Assembly (NCBI GenBank): GCA_944393395.1
Contig: CALYAB010000001.1
Location: 1 to 56,436 of the forward strand
Reading direction: 5' to 3'
DNA from: an uncultured Clostridia bacterium
GTDB lineage: Bacteria; Bacillota; Clostridia; TANB77; CAG-508
Length of the DNA: 56,436 bases
Position 1 is the first letter of the stretch. Each line of letters begins with the position of its first letter. Below, one piece after another: positions 10,200 to 20,422 of this stretch. Below the pieces are notes generated by a model, which did not search any database, was not told the origin of the DNA, and worked only from the letters and a program-made list of their open reading frames with translations. A program made the position numbers and the translations under genes.

Positions 10200-10250
10200 T
10201 ATAGGAAATTGCATTTCCTATAATGTTAAAAACAAAATTGCACAGAAAAA
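10200..10250 (+). repeat. Hairpin + box repeat, copy 2
   Basis: tataggaaattgcatttcctata, then atgttaaaaacaaaattgcacagaaaaa. Preceded by two terminator-like hairpins (10117-10150, 10161-10195). Confidence 0.6.
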
Positions 10251-10443
10251 TTGTTTCACAATTTTTCGCGTCGACAAATAAATTATACACAGAAATGATA
10301 GGCTAAAAATATTATGAATATGTAAAATACTAAAAAAGCCTGCTAGAGCTTTAAAAAAGTAAAAAGAAATATTATAACAAATCCGAATTTTTCTACAAAA
10401 GTAAGCATACAATAGAAGTAGCAAAAAATTGGAGGTTTTATTA

Positions 10444-11214
10444 ATGTTTTTAATCTTTAATAAGCAAAAGATCTATACATACTTAATATCTATAGTAACA
10501 GTAGTATTATTATTTTGTATAGCAGGAATATTTACCAATAATAAAGACGCAGTGTCCACTTCAGTAACAAATGAAAAATTGTTACCTATATATAATGTAA
10601 AAACAGAGGAAACAAAGGTGGCATTAACTATGAACTGTGCATGGAATGCAGATGATATTGACAGCATATTAGAAACACTAGAAAAAAACAATACGAAAAT
10701 AACTTTTTTTATGGTAGGAGATTGGATAGAAAAATATCCAGAAGCAGTAAAAAAGATATATGAAGCAGGGCATGAAATAGGTTCACATAGTGACACACAT
10801 CCACATGTAAATAATTTAACATATGAACAAAATATAGAGGAAATAGAAAAAAGCAATGAAAAGATTAAAAATATTACAGGTATTAAAACAGATTTATATA
10901 GAACACCATATGGAGAATATAATCAAACAGTAATAAAAGCAGCACAAGATTCAGGATATTATACAATACAATGGAGTTTGGATACTCTAGATTATACAGG
11001 AATAAATGGAGATGAAATGTGGAAAAGAATCAAAGATAAAATGAGAGCAGGAGACATAATATTAATGCATAATGGAACAGAACATACAGCAGATAGTTTA
11101 GATATGATAATAAAAAATATAAAAGAAAAAGGTTTAGGAATAGTAAAAGTTTCAGAATTAATATATAAAGATAATTATACAATCGATGCAAAAGGAACAC
11201 AAAATATAAATTAA
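10444..11214 (+). CDS. Polysaccharide/peptidoglycan deacetylase (PdaB/NodB family)
   Basis: GGAGG at 10431 sets ATG 10444. TM anchor, then FFMVGDW...GHEIGSHSDTHPH..YRTPYGEY (NodB motifs). Confidence 0.8.
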   Translation: MFLIFNKQKIYTYLISIVTVVLLFCIAGIFTNNKDAVSTSVTNEKLLPIYNVKTEETKVALTMNCAWNADDIDSILETLEKNNTKITFFMVGDWIEKYPEAVKKIYEAGHEIGSHSDTHPHVNNLTYEQNIEEIEKSNEKIKNITGIKTDLYRTPYGEYNQTVIKAAQDSGYYTIQWSLDTLDYTGINGDEMWKRIKDKMRAGDIILMHNGTEHTADSLDMIIKNIKEKGLGIVKVSELIYKDNYTIDAKGTQNIN

Positions 11215-11274
11215 TGTGTATAAATCTGCCAATAATGGGAAAACTTAAAATATATTCTTTAGGAGATATATGAG

Positions 11275-11772
11275 ATGCATTTTATTGGTGTTTTTGCAAA
11301 TAATTCAGAATTTGAATTTATAAAAAGATATATAATAAAAATATTAAAAAGAAAAGATATAGAATTTATAAACATTAATTCAAATAGTATATCAAATATA
11401 AAAAATGTAGTATTTGAAACAATTTTAATTTGTGGAAAAATAAATATTTCAGATAAACAAAAAGAAATAATAAATAGTATTTGTAGTAAATGTAAATATA
11501 TAATTATAAATGCAGATATATGTAGTAATACAAAGATAATATCTAGTAATAGAGTTAATTGCATAACTTATGGATTAAATCAAAAATCGACTATAACAAT
11601 TTCAAGCATTCAAGATGAAAAAGCTATCATATATATTCAAAGGAATATAAAAAATGTAAAAGGAAACGAAATTGAGATGGGAGAAATATGTATAAATTTA
11701 AAAAAGTATGAACAAATAAAGATAGAAAATTTATTATCAATATTTTCGGTTTATCTACTATACAAAGAGTAA
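11275..11772 (+). CDS. Hypothetical protein
   Basis: RBS aggagatatatgag. 165-aa Ile/Asn-rich ORF with no recognisable motif. Confidence 0.5.
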   Translation: MHFIGVFANNSEFEFIKRYIIKILKRKDIEFININSNSISNIKNVVFETILICGKINISDKQKEIINSICSKCKYIIINADICSNTKIISSNRVNCITYGLNQKSTITISSIQDEKAIIYIQRNIKNVKGNEIEMGEICINLKKYEQIKIENLLSIFSVYLLYKE

Positions 11773-11923
11773 ATACGCTGAAAAATAAGGAAATTTTACA
11801 AAAAATTTACAAATTTAACTTTTTATGTAGACAAAACCGGAAAAGTGTTGTATAATAAGTAATGTAACTTAATGAACGTAAAAAAATACAATTGATAAAA
11901 TAAAATTTAAGGAGGAAAATAAA

Positions 11924-12631
11924 TTGGATACAAATTATTTAGAAAACAACTATTTAACATTAGTTGGAAAAGTTACAGGAGAAAAAAAATTTAGCCATGA
12001 AATATATGGTGAAAGATTTTATGTTTTTAATTTAAACATACCACGTTTAAGTGGAGTAGCAGACATTATACCAATTACAATTTCAGAAAGATTAATAAAT
12101 GATGAAACATTAAAAGAAGGACAAAAATTATTGGTAAAAGGTCAATTTAGATCATATAATAGTTATGAAAATGAAAAAAACAGATTAATTTTAACAGTGT
12201 TTGCTAAAGATGTAAAAATAATAACAGAAGAAGAGCAACAAGATGAAGAAGAAAATGAAATGACTAAAAAAGATGTTATTACAAATGAGGTTGTTTTAAT
12301 TGGTTATATTTGTAAGAAACCAATATATAGACAAACACCATTTGGTAGAGAGATTGCAGACATATTATTAGCAGTAAATAGAGCTTATAATAAATCAGAC
12401 TACATTCCATGTATTGCATGGGGAAGAAATGCAAGATTTTGCCAAAACCTTGAAGTTGGTACTCAAATAAAATTAGTAGGTAGAGTACAATCAAGAACTT
12501 ATGAAAAGAAACATGAAGATGGAAGTGTTGAGACAAGAGTTGCTTATGAAGTTTCAGTTGGTAGTCTAGAAGTAATAGAAGAAAATGATGATGAAAATAG
12601 TGTTGAAGAAGAAAATAAAGAAGCTGTATAG
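11924..12631 (+). CDS. SSB-like protein with two OB-fold halves and an acidic tail
   Basis: TTG start 8 nt after GGAGG. Two similar halves (LTLVGKV..LLVKGQFRSY / VVLIGYI..KLVGRVQSRTY) joined by an acidic linker. Confidence 0.5.
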   Translation: MDTNYLENNYLTLVGKVTGEKKFSHEIYGERFYVFNLNIPRLSGVADIIPITISERLINDETLKEGQKLLVKGQFRSYNSYENEKNRLILTVFAKDVKIITEEEQQDEEENEMTKKDVITNEVVLIGYICKKPIYRQTPFGREIADILLAVNRAYNKSDYIPCIAWGRNARFCQNLEVGTQIKLVGRVQSRTYEKKHEDGSVETRVAYEVSVGSLEVIEENDDENSVEEENKEAV

Positions 12632-12642
12632 AATAAAAATAG

Positions 12643-12805
12643 GCAGACAGTAGGCCAGAGAAAGACAATAGGGGAAAGAGCAGACAGTAGACAGTAGGGG
12701 CCAGTACCGAAAATGTATGAGGATTTTCTCATACATTTTCGGTACTGGCCCCTACTGTCTACTGTCTGCTCTTTCCCCCCTACTGTCTCTCCCCCTATTA
12801 TCTGC
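12643..12805. repeat. GC-rich giant palindrome (family GGGGCCAGTRCYGAAAATGTATG), copy 1
   Basis: Near-perfect inverted repeat 12671-12778 (about 50-bp stem, centre near 12724/5), with degenerate outer arms out to 12643/12805. Contains cagacagtaga-type short direct repeats. Confidence 0.85.
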
Positions 12806-12901
12806 TAAACCATCTCTCTTACAAACTTTTTCAAAAAAGCACTAGTCTTTCATAACATTTTCTGATATAATTTTTTAGAATACTTTTATTGGAGGAAAGA
12901 A

Positions 12902-14593
12902 ATGTTTAAACTAAAAGAGAGAAAAGAAAAAACAGAAAATAAAAAAGGAATATTAAATTCTAAAATTGTTTTTGCAATATTAGCAGTAATATTAATTGCC
13001 ATATTTTGTGTTGCCATGACACCAGTGACATTGCAAAATGACACATATTACACAATAAAAATAGGAGAGCAAATAACTAAAACAGGAATAGATATGCAAG
13101 ATCATTTTTCATGGCATGAAGATTTAGCATATACATATCCACATTGGTTATATGATTTAATAACATATTTCATATATTCTGCATTTGGAATGACAGGTAT
13201 TTATGTATCAACATGTATATTATCTGTGATTTTAGGAATTTCTATATATATAGTAAATACAAAGATAGCTAAAAACCAACCTATTTCATTTGTATTAACT
13301 ATATTAGTGATATATATTATAAGAGGATATATAGCAGCAAGGGCACAGTTAGCGACATTTGTTTTATTTGTATGGATAATTTATTTTATTGAGATGTTCT
13401 TGCAAAATAAAAAGATAAAATATGCAATAGGATTAGTAATTATATCAACATTAATTGCTAATTTACATGTAGCAGTTTGGCCATTTATATTTGTACTATT
13501 TTTACCATATATAGCAGAATATTTATTAGCAATATTAGCTGATATAGTGATATATAGAAAAGCAAAAATCGGATTTTTAAAATTAAGGATAAAATTATTA
13601 ACAAAGTCTGGAAAAAATGTTGATAAAAAAGCTAAATTAGAAGAAAAATTAAAAGATATTTTAGAAAAAAATGAAAGAATAAAAATAAAAAGAGAAGAGG
13701 ATTTAAAAAATCCATATAAAATTAAATTAAACAAAAATAATAATGTAAAATGGCTTATATTGGTTATGGTTATATGTGCACTAACAGGACTATTAACACC
13801 ACTAGGAGATACACCATATACGTATTTATATAAAACTATGCAAGGAAATACAACTCAAAATATTAATGAACATTTACCAATGACTATTATAGATGAAACA
13901 GAAGCATTATCAGCAATTGTTCTAATATTAGCAATTTTAACATTCACAAAAACAAAAATAAAATTAAGTGATTTATTTATGATTGCAGGATTATGCTATT
14001 TGATGTTATCATCACGTAGGCAAGTTACAATGTTTTGCATAATAGGGGTATTAATTGTAAATAAGATGATATGTGGACTTATAGAAATGTATACAAAAAT
14101 AAATATAGAAAAATTAAACAAAATGCTAGCAAATATATTTATTTATATATTAATGATAGTTGTGATGTTACCACTAAGTTATCATTTTTATAAGCCTAAA
14201 AAATATGATGAATATATAGATGAATCTTCTTATCCTGTTCAAGCATGTGACTATATATTAGAAAATATAGACTTAGGGAATGCTAAATTTTATAATGAAT
14301 ATAACTATGGTAGTTATATGATATATAGAGGTATACCAGTATTTATTGATTCAAGAGCAGACTTATATGCCCCAGAATTTAGTGGTAAAGATGATGACAT
14401 ATTTATGGACTTTATAGAAACATCTAGCTTAGGAGTATTTTATGAAGATACTTTTGAAAAATACGGAATAACACATGTAATAACATATAAAAATTCTAAG
14501 ATGAATATGATTATCAAAGACACTAAAGATCCAAATTATATAGAATTATATGAGGATAAATATTTCACTATATATCAAAGAGTAAATGTATAA
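12902..14593 (+). CDS. Large polytopic membrane protein (GT-C-like glycosyltransferase candidate)
   Basis: At least 10 predicted TM helices with a soluble C-terminal domain. The function is a guess from architecture only. Confidence 0.6.
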   Translation: MFKLKERKEKTENKKGILNSKIVFAILAVILIAIFCVAMTPVTLQNDTYYTIKIGEQITKTGIDMQDHFSWHEDLAYTYPHWLYDLITYFIYSAFGMTGIYVSTCILSVILGISIYIVNTKIAKNQPISFVLTILVIYIIRGYIAARAQLATFVLFVWIIYFIEMFLQNKKIKYAIGLVIISTLIANLHVAVWPFIFVLFLPYIAEYLLAILADIVIYRKAKIGFLKLRIKLLTKSGKNVDKKAKLEEKLKDILEKNERIKIKREEDLKNPYKIKLNKNNNVKWLILVMVICALTGLLTPLGDTPYTYLYKTMQGNTTQNINEHLPMTIIDETEALSAIVLILAILTFTKTKIKLSDLFMIAGLCYLMLSSRRQVTMFCIIGVLIVNKMICGLIEMYTKINIEKLNKMLANIFIYILMIVVMLPLSYHFYKPKKYDEYIDESSYPVQACDYILENIDLGNAKFYNEYNYGSYMIYRGIPVFIDSRADLYAPEFSGKDDDIFMDFIETSSLGVFYEDTFEKYGITHVITYKNSKMNMIIKDTKDPNYIELYEDKYFTIYQRVNV

Positions 14594-14611
14594 TGATTAT
14601 GAGAGGTGCTT

Positions 14612-15115
14612 ATGAAAAAAAGTAAGATAAACAAATCAAAAAAATTATATTTGTTAGTAGCAATTATAGTAATAGCCATAATACTAATAGATCAATTAAC
14701 CAAAAATATAATTTTAAATACTGAAGATATAACAATAATACCTAATATATTAAAATTACATGTTTATCAAGCACATGGTGGAATTTATGATGAAACTTCT
14801 AAAGCAATGAATATATTAACAAATTTAATAATATTATTTATTATTTTTGGATTTATTAAAAGTAATAATCAATTTATAACAAAAAAGACGAAAATATTAT
14901 TAAGTTTTGCTTTAGCTGGAGGAATTAGCAATATAATAGATAAAATATTTAGAGGAGAAATAGTAGAATTTATCAATTTTACTAATTTCCCAAGTTTTAA
15001 TATAGCAGATATTTGTATTGCTATAGGATGGATATCTTTTGTCGCAATATTTGCAGCATTTTCAGGGAAAGAGTTGACTAATAGAAGAAGTAAGAACAAT
15101 AGTGAACATTCTTAA
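14612..15115 (+). CDS. lspA: Lipoprotein signal peptidase (signal peptidase II)
   Basis: GGISNIIDKIFRG..VEFINF..FPSFNIADICI (the two catalytic Asp motifs). ATG 14612 follows gagagg. Confidence 0.85.
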   Translation: MKKSKINKSKKLYLLVAIIVIAIILIDQLTKNIILNTEDITIIPNILKLHVYQAHGGIYDETSKAMNILTNLIILFIIFGFIKSNNQFITKKTKILLSFALAGGISNIIDKIFRGEIVEFINFTNFPSFNIADICIAIGWISFVAIFAAFSGKELTNRRSKNNSEHS

Positions 15116-15234
15116 ACATTTCCTCTATTTATAACATTTTAAGACCACAGAGATTCTTGTTCGTGAACTGAGTTTACGTTAGTTAAATTGTGTGAGACTA
15201 CAAGAAAAAAATCAAAATATGAAAGGATAAAAAA

Positions 15235-16143
15235 ATGAAATATCTCGAAGTAGAAAAAGATGGGAAAAGAATAGATGCATATTTAGCAGAAGAACTAAAA
15301 GATGTATCAAGAGTAGCTGTACAACGATTGATAACAAATGGTAAAGTATTGGTAAATGATAAAAAAGTAAAAGTATCATATAAAGTACAACAAGGAGATA
15401 AAATCCAAGTAGAAGAGGAAAAGCCAGTAGAAATATCTATAAAAGCTCAGAAAATTCCGTTGGATATTATATATGAGGATGATGATATAATAGTAATAAA
15501 TAAGCCAAAAGGAATGGTTGTTCATCCAGCAAATGGTAATCCAGATGGTACTTTGGTAAATGCAGTGATGGCAATATGCAAAGACTCTTTATCAGGAATT
15601 GGAGGAGAAATAAGACCAGGAATAGTACATAGACTAGATAAGGATACATCAGGAATAATTATTGTAGCTAAAAATGATAAAGCACATATAAACCTAAGTG
15701 AACAAATAAAAGAACACAAAGTAAAAAAGACATATATTGCATTAGTAAGAGGAATAGTTAAGGAAAATGAAGCAACAATAAAAATGCCAATAGGCAGAAG
15801 TGATAAAGATAGAAAGAAAATGGCAGTAACTAAAAATGGAAAAGAAGCAATTACACATTTTAAAGTACTAAAAAGATATGAAAAATATACATTATTGCAA
15901 GTAAATATAGAAACAGGAAGAACACATCAAATAAGAGTACATCTATCACAAATAGGATATCCAATAGTAGGGGACCAAGTATACTCAAATGGAAAAAATG
16001 AATGGAATATAAAAGGACAATGTCTACATGCTAAGAGCTTAGAATTTACACATCCTAGTTCAGGGAAGAAAATGTATTTAGAAGCAAAACTACCTGAATA
16101 TTTTGAAAATATATTGGAAGATTTGGAATGTTCCAAAAGTTAA
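15235..16143 (+). CDS. rluD: 23S rRNA pseudouridine synthase, RluD type (S4 domain + RluA-family core)
   Basis: HRLDKDTSGIIIVAK and GRTHQIRVHL. The lspA-rluD adjacency is typical of Firmicutes. Confidence 0.85.
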   Translation: MKYLEVEKDGKRIDAYLAEELKDVSRVAVQRLITNGKVLVNDKKVKVSYKVQQGDKIQVEEEKPVEISIKAQKIPLDIIYEDDDIIVINKPKGMVVHPANGNPDGTLVNAVMAICKDSLSGIGGEIRPGIVHRLDKDTSGIIIVAKNDKAHINLSEQIKEHKVKKTYIALVRGIVKENEATIKMPIGRSDKDRKKMAVTKNGKEAITHFKVLKRYEKYTLLQVNIETGRTHQIRVHLSQIGYPIVGDQVYSNGKNEWNIKGQCLHAKSLEFTHPSSGKKMYLEAKLPEYFENILEDLECSKS

Positions 16144-16153
16144 TGGAGGGAAT

Positions 16154-16870
16154 ATGGAAGAAATAAGGCTTCAAAAATATTTAGCTGAAGCAGGGATAGC
16201 ATCAAGAAGAAAAGCAGAAGACCTAATTTTACAAGGAAAAGTTAAAGTGAATGGACATGTTGTAACAGAATTGGGGACAAAAATAAATCCAGAAAAAGAT
16301 GAAATAAAATATAATGATAAACCAATAAAATTAGAAAATAAAAAAGTATATATATTATTAAATAAACCTATAGGTTATGTAACAACAGTTAAGGATCAAT
16401 TTAATAGAAATTCAGTCCTGGATTTAGTGAAAGTAAAAGAAAGATTGGTTCCTGTAGGAAGATTAGATATGTATACATCAGGAGCATTAATATTGACTAA
16501 TGATGGAGATTTTGTATATAAAGTTACACATCCAAAACATGAAGTGGACAAGACATATACTGTAACTTTAAATGGAATTGTCAATAAAGAAAAAGTAAGT
16601 AACTTAAGAAGAGGTGTAGATATAGGAGGATATATAACGAAACCTGCTAAAGTAAAAATTTTGAAAACAGATAATGAAAAAAATTTGACAAGACTAGAAA
16701 TTGTTATACATGAAGGAAAAAATAGACAGATAAGGAGAATGTGTGAGGCAATAGGGCATAAAGTTGTAGCTCTACATAGAAGCAAAATCGCAGATATTGG
16801 TGTAAAAGATATAGAAATAGGAAAGTGGAGATATTTAACGAAAAAAGAAATAGACAAGATTTTAAAATAA
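16154..16870 (+). CDS. rluB: RsuA/RluB-family pseudouridine synthase
   Basis: GGAGGG then ATG 16154. RLQKYLAEAGIASRRKAE (S4), GRLDMYTSGALILTNDG, GKNRQIRRM. Confidence 0.8.
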   Translation: MEEIRLQKYLAEAGIASRRKAEDLILQGKVKVNGHVVTELGTKINPEKDEIKYNDKPIKLENKKVYILLNKPIGYVTTVKDQFNRNSVLDLVKVKERLVPVGRLDMYTSGALILTNDGDFVYKVTHPKHEVDKTYTVTLNGIVNKEKVSNLRRGVDIGGYITKPAKVKILKTDNEKNLTRLEIVIHEGKNRQIRRMCEAIGHKVVALHRSKIADIGVKDIEIGKWRYLTKKEIDKILK

Positions 16871-17004
16871 TATATATATTCAAGTTATTTATGGTAAAAT
16901 GTAATACAACATTGTTACAATTGTATTACATTTTTAATATAATTATTGTATATAAATTGCGAAAATGATAAAATATTGTTAGATTTAGTATATTAGGAGG
17001 AATT

Positions 17005-19392
17005 ATGAAAAAGTATAAAATCATTTTTTCAATTATAACATTTATCATAATATTGTTTATATATAATACATCTATTTCAAAAGCAACAGAAATAAATAAT
17101 AATCAAGAAGATGTAGTGACAGTAGAAAAGACTATTGAACTAGACGAAAATGTACTAATGGATAATAGTAGACTATATAGTAGGCTGACGGTTAGTCCTA
17201 AAAGTCTTTCTCAAGAAGATATAGAAGAGTATTATTATAATCAACTTACTAGTGACATATCACGACAGATATATAATGCAATGCTAAAAGATACTACAGG
17301 AGAAGGAACTGTTACAATTAAACTAGAGGGCTGTAGATATAAAGTATCTGATACTAGTGAAGATAAACTATGGGAGTGTTTTGACGCAAATTTAGCACCA
17401 TATTTATATGATGGCATGTGTGCATTTAGGTTAGATAATAGTGATAGGTATTGGTGGAGAGAGGCTAAGGTAAATTATAAAGGTAAAGTAGATGCTGATG
17501 AAAGTATACTAGAAATAACAGAATTTTCAGTAATTTCAGTATTTGAAGAAAGAGCGGATATAAACAACTTTAATAGTAAAATACAAGAGGTTGCTAATTC
17601 AATAACAGGAAATAGCGAATATGATATAGCAAGATCTATACATGATTATATTTGTGAAAATGTTATATTTGCAGAGAATGTAGATGAAAATATTGTACAT
17701 ACAGCTTATGGAGCACTAATGAATGGAGAGGCTGTGTGTGAAGGGATGGCACAATTATTTAAGATATTATGTGATAAAAAAGGCCTAAAAACCATATATA
17801 TATATGGAGGATCTGAAGCAAACACTATTACACATGCATGGATATATTTATATCATACTTATGAGCAAAAATGGTATGCAATCGATGTTACATGGGATAA
17901 TGATTCAAGTGGTACAAGCAATAATCATACTTATTTTATGGTTGGTGGGAATTCTAAAGATGATAATAATCAAACTTTTTTGGAGGCTCATATACCATAT
18001 GTGAGACAATATGTTATTCAAAATACAACATTTCAAGTACCAGTATTATCCACAGAAGCATATGAAAAATTTTCTGGTAAAGTTGAGTATAGCACAAAGA
18101 TAAATACAAACAACAATGTGATAGTAAAAATAAAAGCTAATAGAGCTATGAATGAAATAGATGGTTGGGAATTATCATCAGACGGATTAACAATGCAAAA
18201 AGAATATACAGAGAATACAAAAGAAAATATTGTAGTTAAAAATTCTAGAGGAGAAGAATTCGAAGTTAGTGTCAATGTAGATAATATTGACAAAACAGGA
18301 CCTAATATTACAGTTGATTATAGTACTACAGAAAAAACAAATAAACCAGTAACTGTAACTTTAAATTCAGACGAAAAGCTTCAAGAAGTAGATGGTTGGA
18401 CTATATCATCAGATGCTAAATCGATGCAAAAAGAATATAGTGAAAATACAACTGAAACAATACAAGTCTATGATTTATTAGGAAATGCGACTACAGTTAA
18501 TATAAATGTTAATAATATAAATACTGTAGGTCCAAAATGTACAGTAGAATATACAACTTTGGATCCAACTAATGAAGATGTAGGTGTTATGATATACTCT
18601 GATTTAGAGTTAAAACCAGTTGATGGTTGGGAATTATCAGAAGATCAAAAAACGCTTTCAAAAATTTATAGTGAAAATGTTAATGAAAGTATAGAGGTTG
18701 AAGATTTATACGGTAATACAAATGTAGTAAATGTAAATATAAATAATATAGACAAAGATAATCCTGAAGTTGAAGTAAATTACAGTGAAGAAGAATTAAC
18801 AAATAAAGATATAGAAGTTACTATCAAAGCAAATGAAAGAATAAAACAGTTGACAGGATGGGAAATATCAGAAGACGAAACTGAAATAAGTAGAACATAT
18901 TCAGAAAATACAGAAGAGGAGATAGAAATAGAAGATCTTGCTGGAAATACTGTAGTAGCACAAATCAATATATCAAATATAGATAAACAAGTTCCAGAGT
19001 TAAGTATTACATATAGCACAGAAGAAATGACTGATAAAGTACAAGTAGAAATAACAGCAGATGAGGAAATAAAACAATTAGAAGGTTGGGAAATATCAGA
19101 AGATAGAATGACTATAACTAAGGTATATACTAACAATACAGTAGAAACAGTAGAGATAGAAGACTTAGCAGGAAATAAAACAGAACAAGTAATAGAGATA
19201 AAGAATATAGAAGAAAGTGAAGAAGAACCAGGCACATCAAATATTTCTAAAAAAGGTGATGAGACATTATATAATGGTATTTTACCGTATGCTGGAGAGA
19301 GTAAATTAATTATATGTTTAATAGCAGGAATATTAATAGCGGGTATAATTTATTATAACAAATATAAGAAATATAAAAGATACGATAAATAG
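17005..19392 (+). CDS. Surface protein: transglutaminase-like cysteine-protease core + about 5-6 repeats of about 76 aa + C-terminal anchor
   Basis: Signal peptide; CEGMAQLF...HAWIYLY...AIDVTWD (Cys-His-Asp); DGWE(L/I)S..D repeats with about 230-nt period over 18100-19200; LPYAGE + TM + KKYKRYDK tail. Confidence 0.75.
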   Translation: MKKYKIIFSIITFIIILFIYNTSISKATEINNNQEDVVTVEKTIELDENVLMDNSRLYSRLTVSPKSLSQEDIEEYYYNQLTSDISRQIYNAMLKDTTGEGTVTIKLEGCRYKVSDTSEDKLWECFDANLAPYLYDGMCAFRLDNSDRYWWREAKVNYKGKVDADESILEITEFSVISVFEERADINNFNSKIQEVANSITGNSEYDIARSIHDYICENVIFAENVDENIVHTAYGALMNGEAVCEGMAQLFKILCDKKGLKTIYIYGGSEANTITHAWIYLYHTYEQKWYAIDVTWDNDSSGTSNNHTYFMVGGNSKDDNNQTFLEAHIPYVRQYVIQNTTFQVPVLSTEAYEKFSGKVEYSTKINTNNNVIVKIKANRAMNEIDGWELSSDGLTMQKEYTENTKENIVVKNSRGEEFEVSVNVDNIDKTGPNITVDYSTTEKTNKPVTVTLNSDEKLQEVDGWTISSDAKSMQKEYSENTTETIQVYDLLGNATTVNINVNNINTVGPKCTVEYTTLDPTNEDVGVMIYSDLELKPVDGWELSEDQKTLSKIYSENVNESIEVEDLYGNTNVVNVNINNIDKDNPEVEVNYSEEELTNKDIEVTIKANERIKQLTGWEISEDETEISRTYSENTEEEIEIEDLAGNTVVAQINISNIDKQVPELSITYSTEEMTDKVQVEITADEEIKQLEGWEISEDRMTITKVYTNNTVETVEIEDLAGNKTEQVIEIKNIEESEEEPGTSNISKKGDETLYNGILPYAGESKLIICLIAGILIAGIIYYNKYKKYKRYDK

Positions 19393-19551
19393 GCCAGAAT
19401 AGTTGTAAGTTGCCATAAAAATGATAAAAAACACAAGAAAATCTTGTGTTTTTTCGTGTTTTATGGTTTAATATACATAATTTAATTTATATATTTTATT
19501 CAAATTTAGATCTATAAAAATTCCCATAACAATTAAATAATTATTAAGGAG

Positions 19552-20226
19552 GTGATATTAATATATCATTTTACATATAGTGACTACATTAAGTTTATAC
19601 ATAATATAAAACAAGATAAGTATTTTGAATTCAATGAAGATATAGAAAAATATGAACTAATAAGAAAAAGCAGATTAAATCTTATATATAAAGATATTAT
19701 TGAAAATTTACTAAAGGATAAAAAAAGAATAGAGAAGATGATAAATAAATTTGTTGAAAGTGAAAAAATACTTGAAAGTGAAGAGATAAATTTTAAAAAA
19801 GAAATTATGAGAAATGAAAAAAAAGAAAGAAAAAGTTTGGAATATATAAAATTTATTAGAGATAGTAAAAATACAAGAATTTTATATAAAACTCAAAACG
19901 ATATGTTCTATTTAATTATATATCAAAAAAGTATAAATATTAATTTGCCATACAATATATTAAATTATTGCATAAAAATAAATCAGTATTCTAAAATACA
20001 AAATATCGAAAAACCATTAATTGTTCCAATTGTTATATATTTAAAAAATGATAAAAACAATTATGAAGATAAAAATGTAAATGAATATTTTAAGATAACT
20101 ACATATGATAACAATATAATTGAATTAAAATATAACTTAATAAATTTAAGAGATATTTGTGATAATGAAAAGCTACAGAATACTATATTAGAAGAATTAG
20201 TATATATAGAATCATTAATAATATAG
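19552..20226 (+). CDS. Degenerate Rpn/YhgA-like (PD-(D/E)XK) family protein, uncertain
   Basis: The pattern ..ILYKT..FYLIIYQKS..LPYNILNYCIKI..PLIVPIVIYLKND resembles the Rpn core (D..Y.., ..iEhQS.., mp.R.l.Y, viPIViY.G). The acidic/His catalytic positions are replaced. Confidence 0.3.
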   Translation: MILIYHFTYSDYIKFIHNIKQDKYFEFNEDIEKYELIRKSRLNLIYKDIIENLLKDKKRIEKMINKFVESEKILESEEINFKKEIMRNEKKERKSLEYIKFIRDSKNTRILYKTQNDMFYLIIYQKSININLPYNILNYCIKINQYSKIQNIEKPLIVPIVIYLKNDKNNYEDKNVNEYFKITTYDNNIIELKYNLINLRDICDNEKLQNTILEELVYIESLII

Positions 20227-20235
20227 TAAATAGTA

Positions 20236-20334
20236 GTTACTATTTACGGCCTAAATCCATTTAGAGTTTTGTGATATATATTATATTCTGTGTAATATAT
20301 ATCACAATATCTAGTAATGGCTGTGAATAGTAAC
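20236..20334. mobile_element. MITE-like palindromic element, copy 1 (core deleted)
   Basis: Outer arms gttactatttacggcc... / ...ggctgtgaatagtaac. Inner TIR gtgatatatattatattct faces a truncated partner taatatatatcac. Confidence 0.7.
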
Positions 20335-20422
20335 AAATAATATTTGGGTGATAAAAGTTCGTAATTATTCGGGCTTTTATTTTTTGAAAAGTTATGGTAA
20401 AATATATCACAAAGGAGAAAAT

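Noticed and set aside
12544-12732. ORF 12544-12732(-), and likewise 43400-43672(+), 45832-46143(-), 46384-46629(-), 46639-46830(-), 36186-36371(+).
   Set aside because: They run through palindromes, repeats, terminators or promoter regions, or overlap real genes. They have no RBS and implausible sequences.
15116-15234. Relatively GC-rich 119-nt lspA-rluD spacer with a cttgt...acaag hairpin, considered as a small RNA or leader.
   Set aside because: There is only one weak stem and no recognisable conserved motif. The evidence is insufficient.
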